Of a stretch of DNA of 24,040 nucleotides, positions 16,874 to 24,040 are shown piece by piece. The notes beneath the pieces are model-generated. The model had not been told where the DNA came from. It ran no database searches and saw nothing but the letters and a program-made list of their open reading frames with translations. The translations under genes were made by a program, and so were the position numbers. Numbering within the stretch: position 1 is the stretch's first letter; every line of letters starts with the position of its first letter. Where the stretch lies: the IMG/VR virus record IMGVR_UViG_3300032320_000622, positions 1 through 24,040 of that record. The stretch is one strand, 5' to 3'. The stretch comes from a virus. Lineage: Duplodnaviria > Caudoviricetes.

Positions 16874-17545
16874 TCAATTTAGCTCTACGCTATCCCAAAT
16901 AAACAGATTATCCTTATCAAATGGTTCAATCTTTTGCGGGTAAAATATAACCTTTTTCTCTTTCCTAACCCCGGCGGCGATGGTCATAGGTGCAGAATTG
17001 ATTGCATAAAACTCTGTTGCACCCCTAATTGCCCTTGCCATTTCGGAAACGCTTGGGGCTGTATAAGTCTCAAGCCCGCTAATCCTGAATCCTTCTGGGG
17101 CTAAAACTATGAAGTTATTCGCACCAGCCTTGTTTCTAGCCTCAACAATAATTTTTAATGGGTCTTGCTTTTCGCCTTGGCTTATCCCAAAGGGGGCAAC
17201 CATATTGTATTCTGCTGGCAAACCTTTGGCGGGTGCATCGTCTAGCTTATCAAAAATGATGTTGGTTGAGTCGGCCTTGTTGATGGCTGGATGTGAATAG
17301 ACAAATTCTGTCCAAGTCTTATTTGAGCCTCGATATTCTTGGTATTTGTTCGGCCAAATTTCAAGGTCTATAATATCGCCCTTGTTACCAGTCTTTACAT
17401 AAGACACCATCTCAAAGATTCCGTGGTATTGGGGCAAGCAATCAAAGAATGCCTCGTGGCCTTGGTCGGCTAGATATTTGCAAGCTGGGAGGCAACGAAT
17501 GATATCTCCTAGCCTCTGGGAGTATTTGATTGTTTTAGCAGTCAT
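16874..17545 (-). CDS. GT9-like (heptosyltransferase-type, GT-B) glycosyltransferase
   Basis: N-terminal RLGDIIRCLP and C-terminal EMARAIRGA...INSAPMTIAAG (compare GT9 xxGD and DSGPMHxAAA). ATG at 17545 preferred. Confidence 0.7.
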   Translation of the reverse strand: MTAKTIKYSQRLGDIIRCLPACKYLADQGHEAFFDCLPQYHGIFEMVSYVKTGNKGDIIDLEIWPNKYQEYRGSNKTWTEFVYSHPAINKADSTNIIFDKLDDAPAKGLPAEYNMVAPFGISQGEKQDPLKIIVEARNKAGANNFIVLAPEGFRISGLETYTAPSVSEMARAIRGATEFYAINSAPMTIAAGVRKEKKVIFYPQKIEPFDKDNLFIWDSVELN

Positions 17546-18302
17546 CGGCCACGCTCTTATCGTGTAGGTGAGGGAAGTATTCACTCAATCGAACTGGGCC
17601 GATTGTCTTTTGCAATTCTTTCCATCCATCTACCAATCCCTTGTATCCATAAAAATCTTCCTTAAACTCGACTTGCTTCTGGATTGCGTAGGCATAGTGA
17701 TTGAATACAAGCCCCCAAGTTTCAGTCACTCCCCTTGGGACTAGGCGAGATTGAATGTTTAGTCGGGGCGGTTCGTGGCTTGTGAAACAAACATTCTTTC
17801 CCCATTTCCAAGCCCTCATCCATTCATACCAGTTCGAGCCGTAGCCCTCCCTAGTAACCACTCGCTTATTTTCTCCCACAAAGAAGTTACAATGGAACTG
17901 CATCGTTGCCCCTTCCTCTGCTCCCTTGAGACATTCATAAATCCCATCAATCTGTTCTGCTCTCCACATCTCGTCAGCGTCCACCTCCATCACAACGCCA
18001 TCATCTACCCCAAACAACGCTTGCTGAATCATCTCTAGCTTTCCGTTGAATGGCTTGCCTTGCGAATAAACAACAACATTCCCGCCTTGAATGCTATTTA
18101 GATATTCGTGCGTTCCGTCTATGCTCTTAAAATCCTTGTGCCATTTATCGGGAACTTGCTTGCACCACCGGGTACATCCAACTGGCTCGCTTACACCCTC
18201 GACAATTCTCCACTGCCAAGGGATTTTTAGTTTCTGAAACTCTGCGAGATGCTTCTCGATAAAGGGCATCCCATTTAGAACGATGGTAAAAATGGTTAGC
18301 AT
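17535..18302 (-). CDS. GT-A fold glycosyltransferase (GT2-like)
   Basis: MLTIFTIVLNGMPFIE...IVEG...SIDGTHEYL...EVDADE (DxD)...FNHYAY. Confidence 0.8.
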   Translation of the reverse strand: MLTIFTIVLNGMPFIEKHLAEFQKLKIPWQWRIVEGVSEPVGCTRWCKQVPDKWHKDFKSIDGTHEYLNSIQGGNVVVYSQGKPFNGKLEMIQQALFGVDDGVVMEVDADEMWRAEQIDGIYECLKGAEEGATMQFHCNFFVGENKRVVTREGYGSNWYEWMRAWKWGKNVCFTSHEPPRLNIQSRLVPRGVTETWGLVFNHYAYAIQKQVEFKEDFYGYKGLVDGWKELQKTIGPVRLSEYFPHLHDKSVADDC

Positions 18303-18808
18303 TTCAATCGCCCATAGATAACGCTAATATCTGGACAAAAAGAAACCGAATCGTGTCGGTAGCATTCAAACCCAATCGAATCAAACCAAGCCAAAAACTC
18401 CTTTAGCCAAGCGTCTGAATAGTGTAGCTCGATGGCAATTTCTTTTAGGTTGCAAACATTCCCAATTTGAAGAAGTTGAGTCTCGTCTCCTTCGATGTCG
18501 CACTTAATGTGGGTGATGGAGTTCTCTGTTATCCAAGTATCCATTTTAAATGCGGAGTCTGCCTTTTCGCACAAGAACTTTCCTTGTGGGTATTGTTGAG
18601 AAAGAATGTTGATGTCTCCTTGGTTTATGTCCACCCCCATATAAAACTCTGGCTTTTGCGATAAGAAGTATTTTGCTGTTCCGTTGCCCTCTTGCCTTTC
18701 TGCTTCTGTCCAGAACGCACATCCCAAGTCAAGCACTCTGCCGCCAGTTACATTGAGATGTTCCCAGTGAATCTCTGGTGATTCTGATGTTATCACGCCT
18801 CTAATCAT
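18296..18808 (-). CDS. SAM-dependent methyltransferase (FkbM-like)
   Basis: Motif I RVLDLGC, GVD, and FkbM-type IKCDIEGDE...IAIELH. Confidence 0.8.
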   Translation of the reverse strand: MIRGVITSESPEIHWEHLNVTGGRVLDLGCAFWTEAERQEGNGTAKYFLSQKPEFYMGVDINQGDINILSQQYPQGKFLCEKADSAFKMDTWITENSITHIKCDIEGDETQLLQIGNVCNLKEIAIELHYSDAWLKEFLAWFDSIGFECYRHDSVSFCPDISVIYGRLKC

Positions 18809-19413
18809 AATTGAAATATAGCCGCCCCATTACGAACAGACCAATCCTCCCATAGTAATTTTGCAAAATCTTTTAGCTTCTGGTAATTTGTCCAGTTTTT
18901 AATGTCGTTCACATCGTCCAAGGCGATGATTGCCTTTTCTGCCAAGAACGGCCTTACACATCGAAGTTCGGCCTCCCCGGAGAATGGCGAACCATCAATC
19001 AAAACAAAGTTAAAATCCGCATTATGCTCAAAGTGAATGTCCTCGATTGCACTTGTCTGGTAGGGCTTGGCAGTTTGCAAGCACTCATCATACCACCCCA
19101 ACACTTGCTCGATGGGGTATTGGTTGAGGTTGGTCTTTGTGATTCTATAAAACTCCTCAATATCTTTCTTGTTCATCCATAGCCCAGAAATTACTGCTGT
19201 GCCCTGCACCGATACGCCACCCCTTGCATCTAGGTTCATCCTATGGCGGCCTATGCGATCTGGGTGATTCTCAATGCTAAATAGCTTGTCCGTGTGGATA
19301 CATTGAGTCGAGCCATCGCCAGTGCCACCGCCGATCTCTAGACCGATACCAAGCCCCTTGGTATATTCTGCTAGGGCTTTTCCAAACGAATCATTGATGG
19401 TTACTTCTTGCAT
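18805..19413 (-). CDS. Class I SAM-dependent methyltransferase (Methyltransf_24-like)
   Basis: LEIGGGTGDGST...FSIE...FVLIDG...IIALDD. Confidence 0.8.
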   Translation of the reverse strand: MQEVTINDSFGKALAEYTKGLGIGLEIGGGTGDGSTQCIHTDKLFSIENHPDRIGRHRMNLDARGGVSVQGTAVISGLWMNKKDIEEFYRITKTNLNQYPIEQVLGWYDECLQTAKPYQTSAIEDIHFEHNADFNFVLIDGSPFSGEAELRCVRPFLAEKAIIALDDVNDIKNWTNYQKLKDFAKLLWEDWSVRNGAAIFQL

Positions 19414-19625
19414 TTTACCATTTCCTCCAAAGCCTTCCGAATAACATATCCAATCACGGCCTCTTTGTCGTATTTTAGGGCAATCATACCGGCTTCATAT
19501 AAAGCCTTTTCGGTCTTTGAGTCGTAGCTCACATCCACCTCAACCATCTTTGGGGCTGTTCGAGCTTTTCCAAATCGAATGATTCTAGCCTTACGATTGC
19601 CAGTTTTGGCTTTTGCGTTTTTCAT
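19401..19625 (-). CDS. Small basic protein, ribbon-helix-helix-like
   Basis: Strand VEVDVSY, helix DSKTEKALYEAG and helix KEAVIGYVIRKALEEM. Start could be 19625 or 19646. Confidence 0.45.
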   Translation of the reverse strand: MKNAKAKTGNRKARIIRFGKARTAPKMVEVDVSYDSKTEKALYEAGMIALKYDKEAVIGYVIRKALEEMVKCKK

Positions 19626-21249
19626 AGATGCCCTTCCCTTTTTCATAAAACTCTGGCTTGTTATGGTTCTTTAATTGCTCGTCTGGTGTTCCACCGCCAA
19701 ACATAGGATTCTCGTGCCTGAACACCAAGTCCCTAGCCTCAATTATGCAGTCATCAGCATAGGCTCTTTCTGTAAATTCGTTGTCGCTATAAATGCCATC
19801 CGACTCTTGGTAACTTGGATGGAACATATACCCGCCCTGCTTCCGTAGCCTCTTTTGCGTCAGGATGGCCATACAAAGGAGTTTATCGGTTCGGAGGCCA
19901 TCTGATACTGCCAGCACCCTTTCAGCCTCTAGGTTGTCGATTCTGCTCAAAATTAGGGCATCCCAGTGCCTCGGAGGACTCCAATCATCGCTCATTTGCA
20001 CAATTACCTCGCTTTTAGCCATCTTTGCCCCCTCGTTCCAAGCATTGATAATTCCACCCGGATTCACCCTTTTGCCCTCGTGTGGCGTGTAATCAACTGC
20101 CTCATCGTGATCTACCATAAACAACCATTCAACTGCCAATGGTTCTTTAGCCAAAGCGAGCCACTGCATCTTTCTTTGGAACGCCAAGTTTGGCCGCCCC
20201 CTTGTTGCGTGAACTATGCTGATCTTTGGCTTGGGATACATATTCATTAGCTTGGCCACTTCCTCTTTTTGGTTATAGCAAATGGAAGCCATTCGGTATC
20301 CGTCGAGGGCTTGCCAATCGTAAATTGCGTGAACTTGATTCCAATAGTGCAGGGGTGGTCTTGGCATCGCCATACAAGCCCTTCCAGAGTGCCAAGCCTT
20401 CGGCCAATCGCCCCTTGCTGAATATTCGGCCATCAAATAAAAATAGGCTTCTCTGCGAATAGGATTGACTGCAATCGCCTCTCCCAAATATCTAAATCGC
20501 TTTTCATTTGGCGAGCATCTTCCGAGGTTGCAAAGAAGCTCATATTTTAATGTTTCGTCTAGGTCTGGGAATGCTAACGCCCTTTCCCCAACTTCAATCG
20601 CCTTGTCGATTTGTCCACGCAAGAAAAATTCTTGGTGCTGGTAGTAAAGATTAAAGGGAGTAGAGGTTAGCTCATCTGCTAGAATCCGATGGTTTCTATC
20701 TGCCGAATCTGCCTTGCTAGTAATCGGGCGATGAATCCGAAACACTTTATCAATAGCTAATAATTTGTTCCTATCATTTGGCTCAAGGGCTTCGTGAACT
20801 CGGTTCTTCCACCTACCGCATCCCTTCCTCAAGGCCATCTCTCGAATAGGATTTAGGCCAGCGTTTTCGACTAGATACCTAAAGCAAACAATTTCAGCCC
20901 CAACTTTTTCTGCTTGTTCTAGCCCTTCCTCTAAAACCTTCTCCCCACCCTCTGCCATTATGTCATCGGCATCCACCCAAATAGACCACTCGTTTTTACA
21001 AGCATCTAGGGCTGTGTTTCTAGCAGAAGCAAAATCGTCTATGTGAGGCCAATCAGTTTTTTTATTTTTGTAGTGAATGACTTTAGCTCCAAGCGAAAGA
21101 GCGATCTCCTCTGTTTTGTCTGGCGTAACTGACCCCCTAGCCATACATACAATAACTTCCTCTGCGATAGGCTTAAATGATTCAATGACTCGCTTAATAT
21201 GGGCTTCTTCATTTCCAGCGATGAGGTAAAGGGAAATAGGGAATTTCAT
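19591..21249 (-). CDS. Two-domain glycosyltransferase: GT2 - TPR - GT2 (552 aa)
   Basis: N-terminal ISLYLIAGNEE...DDFASARN...WVDADD...RVHEAL, central TPR-like helices, and C-terminal KISIVHATRGRP...AWNEGA...QMSDDW...YSDNEF. Confidence 0.88.
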   Translation of the reverse strand: MKFPISLYLIAGNEEAHIKRVIESFKPIAEEVIVCMARGSVTPDKTEEIALSLGAKVIHYKNKKTDWPHIDDFASARNTALDACKNEWSIWVDADDIMAEGGEKVLEEGLEQAEKVGAEIVCFRYLVENAGLNPIREMALRKGCGRWKNRVHEALEPNDRNKLLAIDKVFRIHRPITSKADSADRNHRILADELTSTPFNLYYQHQEFFLRGQIDKAIEVGERALAFPDLDETLKYELLCNLGRCSPNEKRFRYLGEAIAVNPIRREAYFYLMAEYSARGDWPKAWHSGRACMAMPRPPLHYWNQVHAIYDWQALDGYRMASICYNQKEEVAKLMNMYPKPKISIVHATRGRPNLAFQRKMQWLALAKEPLAVEWLFMVDHDEAVDYTPHEGKRVNPGGIINAWNEGAKMAKSEVIVQMSDDWSPPRHWDALILSRIDNLEAERVLAVSDGLRTDKLLCMAILTQKRLRKQGGYMFHPSYQESDGIYSDNEFTERAYADDCIIEARDLVFRHENPMFGGGTPDEQLKNHNKPEFYEKGKGIYEKRKSQNWQS

Positions 21250-21306
21250 TTAGACTAGGATTTCTAACTGCAATAAGGATGTCAATTAAATGAGTTTAGT
21301 TATTCA

Positions 21307-21705
21307 TCAAGCGGCGGTGATGGTGATTGTGGGGCCAGTTCCAAGAGTATAAATCCATCCAGTTGTAGGAATAATTAACGGATTTGTGCTTGGATTTGTT
21401 GCTTCTATAACCAAACCGCCTTCTTCTCCAGAAGAATGCTGAACCAATGCCCAAATCCCTGATTCGTCAAAATTAAAATTCAACCTCTGAAAACTTATTC
21501 CATCAGCGGGATCACTAACAAAATAATTTACAGTTGCAGGATAGTTATCCCTAGCATAGTTAATTCCAGAAGTATCTCCAAATGTAACGATTACATTTGT
21601 GGTTGTAGCTACCACAATATCGCCTGCTGGTGGCGTGCCGCCAGAACTAGCAACGATGGGTGTTCTGCTACCGCTTACGGACATTCCGTAGCCGTACCGA
21701 GCCAT
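21307..21705 (-). CDS. Small virion/decoration-like protein (132 aa)
   Basis: Gly/Thr/Pro-rich, begins MARYGYGMSV, 1 nt after the upstream stop. Confidence 0.6.
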   Translation of the reverse strand: MARYGYGMSVSGSRTPIVASSGGTPPAGDIVVATTTNVIVTFGDTSGINYARDNYPATVNYFVSDPADGISFQRLNFNFDESGIWALVQHSSGEEGGLVIEATNPSTNPLIIPTTGWIYTLGTGPTITITAA

Positions 21706-21706
21706 A

Positions 21707-21997
21707 CTAATCTCCGATTGCTAGGACTACGCCAGAATGGATACGGAAATTAGAAACATCCCCAGCGATGTAAGCACCAGCAGGGATTGTGACAGAGTTA
21801 GCCGCTGTCACGCTTGCAATCGCACTCATCCCAGTAACAGTAGAAGTGATTGAGAAGAACTTGGTTTCTGTAATGGCAACTAGGCCAGCGAATGTTCCAG
21901 TAACAGAACTTGCCGTTGTTGTGACATACTGCGTTCCGGGTCTAGCGGCGTGGGAAATCTGATCATAATAAGGCTCGGAATTGGAAAGGTCTGCCAT
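21707..21997 (-). CDS. Small virion/decoration-like protein (96 aa)
   Basis: Thr/Ser/Ala-rich, VTIPAGAYIAGDVSNFRIHSGVVLA; directly follows the capsid gene. Confidence 0.65.
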   Translation of the reverse strand: MADLSNSEPYYDQISHAARPGTQYVTTTASSVTGTFAGLVAITETKFFSITSTVTGMSAIASVTAANSVTIPAGAYIAGDVSNFRIHSGVVLAIGD

Positions 21998-22017
21998 AAT
22001 TTTATTGTGTTTATGTC

Positions 22018-22051
22018 AAAGAAAAGGGGGGAGAGCTTTCGCCCTCCCCCC
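22018..22051 (-). terminator. Rho-independent terminator after the major capsid gene
   Basis: Minus strand GGGGGGAGGGC-GAAA-GCTCTCCCCCC-TTTTCTTT: 11-bp stem (one G-U pair), GNRA loop and U tract. Confidence 0.9.
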
Positions 22052-22078
22052 ATTTCAGAGGAAACAACCAACCAATCT

Positions 22079-23041
22079 TTAGCTGTAGGTCGTGGTGATA
22101 CGGACAGCGGCGTTCGCATCAATGACTTTCTCGGCTGTGTTCATACGAACACGGAGAACATTGGAGCGACGAGCTTCGTCACGATAGCTCTCGGAGACGA
22201 AACCACCGGGAGCATCTTCCGACCAGACCAAGGTGCGTCCGATACCGCCAGCGGTGAACTGACCGCTAGAAACATTGGCGACAACGATCTTGGTGTCGGG
22301 AACAATGAACGAGCCAGAGTAGCTCTTGTTCTTGTTCGCAGTGTTGTAAGCCGCACGGCCAACATACACCTTGTCCACGCCGAACGCTTGGGCGATCTGG
22401 GCTTCATCGAGGAGACGGCCACCAGTGTTGGAAACAACTCCGTAGAATTGATTCTGCAAGAGGGTCGTCCGACGAACCCGCTCGTAAACGTTGGCAGACA
22501 TAATCACCGCATTGGCTTCGTAACCGAGCTTATTCAAGGCGAGCTTGCCAGCCGCAACGTCAGCAGGGGCGTTGATGGTCGCAAGGTTAGCTTCGGTGTA
22601 GTTAGCCGTAGGGCTCAAGTCAGCCGTGGTGAATGGGGTCGTTGTCGCCCAGAGCAAGTCAGCCACCCGCTTTTCGTGGGAGAGCTTGACCTGACGGAGC
22701 AAGAACTTCGCTGTTTCGGCCTCGATCGAAAAAAATCTGGCAGAATCCGCCCTAAAACTATCGTCTAGGAGTTCTTCCAAGCCAGTCTCGATACAATCGT
22801 AGGTATCAGAGGTGAATTTCCGAATCGCACGAGCGTATTCAGAACCAGCAGTACGCTTGGCCGCATCAGCGTCCAAGAGGCCAGCATCAGCCGTCTGTAC
22901 TTTTAGATAGGTTCCGCTCTTTGCCGATACTGGCAAGAGAGGAAGAACTTCCGCACCGATCAAACCGATCTCGGCGGGGGCTTCGATGAGGGCTTGGTTA
23001 ATGTCTGCACGAATGGTCGTGCCACCAGAGATAAAGCTCAT
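22079..23041 (-). CDS. Major capsid protein (HK97 fold, lambda gpE-like)
   Basis: 320 aa with IGAEVLPLLPVS, LSHEKRVADLL, ANAVIMS and ESYRDEARRSNVLRVR. Follows the scaffold and cement genes and precedes a strong terminator. Confidence 0.88.
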   Translation of the reverse strand: MSFISGGTTIRADINQALIEAPAEIGLIGAEVLPLLPVSAKSGTYLKVQTADAGLLDADAAKRTAGSEYARAIRKFTSDTYDCIETGLEELLDDSFRADSARFFSIEAETAKFLLRQVKLSHEKRVADLLWATTTPFTTADLSPTANYTEANLATINAPADVAAGKLALNKLGYEANAVIMSANVYERVRRTTLLQNQFYGVVSNTGGRLLDEAQIAQAFGVDKVYVGRAAYNTANKNKSYSGSFIVPDTKIVVANVSSGQFTAGGIGRTLVWSEDAPGGFVSESYRDEARRSNVLRVRMNTAEKVIDANAAVRITTTYS

Positions 23042-23077
23042 TTTATTATTATTCTTTCTTTGTTATGGTTTCGTTGT

Positions 23078-23440
23078 TTAGAACATCGGAACTGCGACTT
23101 CGACAACCGCACCACTTGATGTGGCCGCTTCGAGGGCGATTCCAGCCGTCACGAGGTTAGCCGCAAGTGTGGTCACCAAACCAGACGCATCAAATTTCAA
23201 GGTGTCGCCAACTGCACACACGCCAGAAACCGTGGTCAGGAAGGTCGGGTGGAACAATTTCACGGAAACAAATCCGGCCGCCGCAACATCTTCTTGAGTT
23301 ACGCCGATAGCTTTGGTTGCACCAGTTACCGCTACGTTTACGAAGCCAGCCGTGGTGGTATCAGGCTGAACAAATCGGAATGCCGAAATGGCAGAGGCCG
23401 AACCGAACGTGCGAAAATTACCATCAATTTGAGTAGACAT
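23078..23440 (-). CDS. Capsid cement/decoration protein (DUF2190-like)
   Basis: AIGVTQEDVAAAGFVSV...VGDTLKFDASG...GIALEAATSSGAVVEV; AAGGA SD. Confidence 0.8.
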   Translation of the reverse strand: MSTQIDGNFRTFGSASAISAFRFVQPDTTTAGFVNVAVTGATKAIGVTQEDVAAAGFVSVKLFHPTFLTTVSGVCAVGDTLKFDASGLVTTLAANLVTAGIALEAATSSGAVVEVAVPMF

Positions 23441-23458
23441 TTTCTTTTATCCTTTGGT

Positions 23459-24040
23459 TTAGAGTTTGGTAATACCACGAGACAGAGCCTCGGAGTATTC
23501 TTTAGGGTTAGACAGCATCACGGCTTGCATAGCCTTGAGCTTTGAGACTCCATAATCGGCGTGAGCCGCTACAAGAGCCTCAAAAGTTTTTGGTTCAACC
23601 TTCGCAGGGGCTTCGACCACTGGCGAGGCAGAGATCGGCTTAATGCCAAACTCGGTGAGAACTTTTTTCACAACTTCGCTCATCTCTTCCTTTTTATCTT
23701 CGGAGGGCTCAACCTCAACGGAGACTTCGGGAGCGGGGGCGGGAGTCTCGGAGGGCTTCTCGGAGGCCATCTCCTCTTTTTTCACTTCTTCTTTGGGTTT
23801 CATCGAATCTTCAATGGCCGCCAAGCGAACCTTGATGTCCTCGATATCTTTCATATAATTGTTTTCCATATTTGTTTTGTCCTTTTTGTCAAGTGGAGCT
23901 TCCTCCACGGCTTCTTTCGTTGTTGCTGGGATGGTCTTGCCTCCGCTAATGTAGCCGAGTTTTTCTTCTGCTTTCACACAAGAACCCTGCTCGTAGGCTT
24001 TGACTCCCTTTGCTGGTTCGTATCCTTCCCAGCACCTAAA
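23459..24040 (-). CDS. Prohead protease/scaffold protein, C-terminal part (partial, 5' end outside window)
   Basis: The frame is open to the window edge (FRCWEGYEPAKGVKAYEQGSCVKAEEKLG...). Glu/Lys/Pro-rich scaffold-like region, directly upstream of the cement and capsid genes. Confidence 0.75.
   Translation of the reverse strand, partial: FRCWEGYEPAKGVKAYEQGSCVKAEEKLGYISGGKTIPATTKEAVEEAPLDKKDKTNMENNYMKDIEDIKVRLAAIEDSMKPKEEVKKEEMASEKPSETPAPAPEVSVEVEPSEDKKEEMSEVVKKVLTEFGIKPISASPVVEAPAKVEPKTFEALVAAHADYGVSKLKAMQAVMLSNPKEYSEALSRGITKL

Larger units (their letters stand above)
3649..23892 (-). promoter_or_regulatory. Dispersed TTGAC(A/G) motif just upstream of module-leading start codons (8 sites)
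   Basis: Sites at 3649, 7879, 11652, 13356, 16872, 21280, 22014 and 23887. Gaps to the start codon are 16, 16, 13, 14, 14, 30, 16 and 17 nt. Confidence 0.65.

Noticed and set aside
18296-19413. Methyltransferases as DNA restriction-modification enzymes
   Set aside because: No DPPY/NPPY or PC catalytic motifs. The motifs match small-molecule/sugar O-methyltransferases and the neighbours are glycosyltransferases.
21950-22768. 272-aa plus-strand ORF
   Set aside because: Antisense shadow of the major capsid gene, explained by codon bias; no recognisable motifs or start signals.
1-24040. Alternative genetic code, tRNA genes, introns or integrase
   Set aside because: Genes tile the minus strand densely under the standard code, and no cloverleaf, intron-split gene or recombinase motif was recognised by eye.

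Overview
This 24 kb window is part of a tailed dsDNA phage genome (Caudoviricetes, siphovirus-like), with essentially all genes on the minus strand. The host is probably Gram-negative, judging by spanin-like lipoproteins. In transcription order (right to left) it carries: the end of a prohead protease/scaffold gene, a DUF2190-like cement protein, a lambda gpE-like major capsid protein with its terminator, two small head proteins, a six-gene glycosyltransferase/methyltransferase cassette inside the head operon, head closure, two paralogous tail-terminator-like genes, fiber and LamG-like proteins, two paralogous tail-tube-like genes, a tail assembly chaperone with a -1 frameshift, a neck-like gene, a short tape measure, tail-tip genes including a 1173-aa GxGY-repeat protein, a lysis cassette (holin, spanin pair, M15 endolysin), a MazG-like/metallophosphoesterase/HTH trio and the start of an early region with a minimal ligase-like nucleotidyltransferase. 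The most notable signals are the candidate virion glycosylation and glycan-methylation system, the doubled tube and terminator genes, and a TTGACA motif that recurs 13-17 nt before start codons. All functional calls come from motif reading and gene order, not database searches.
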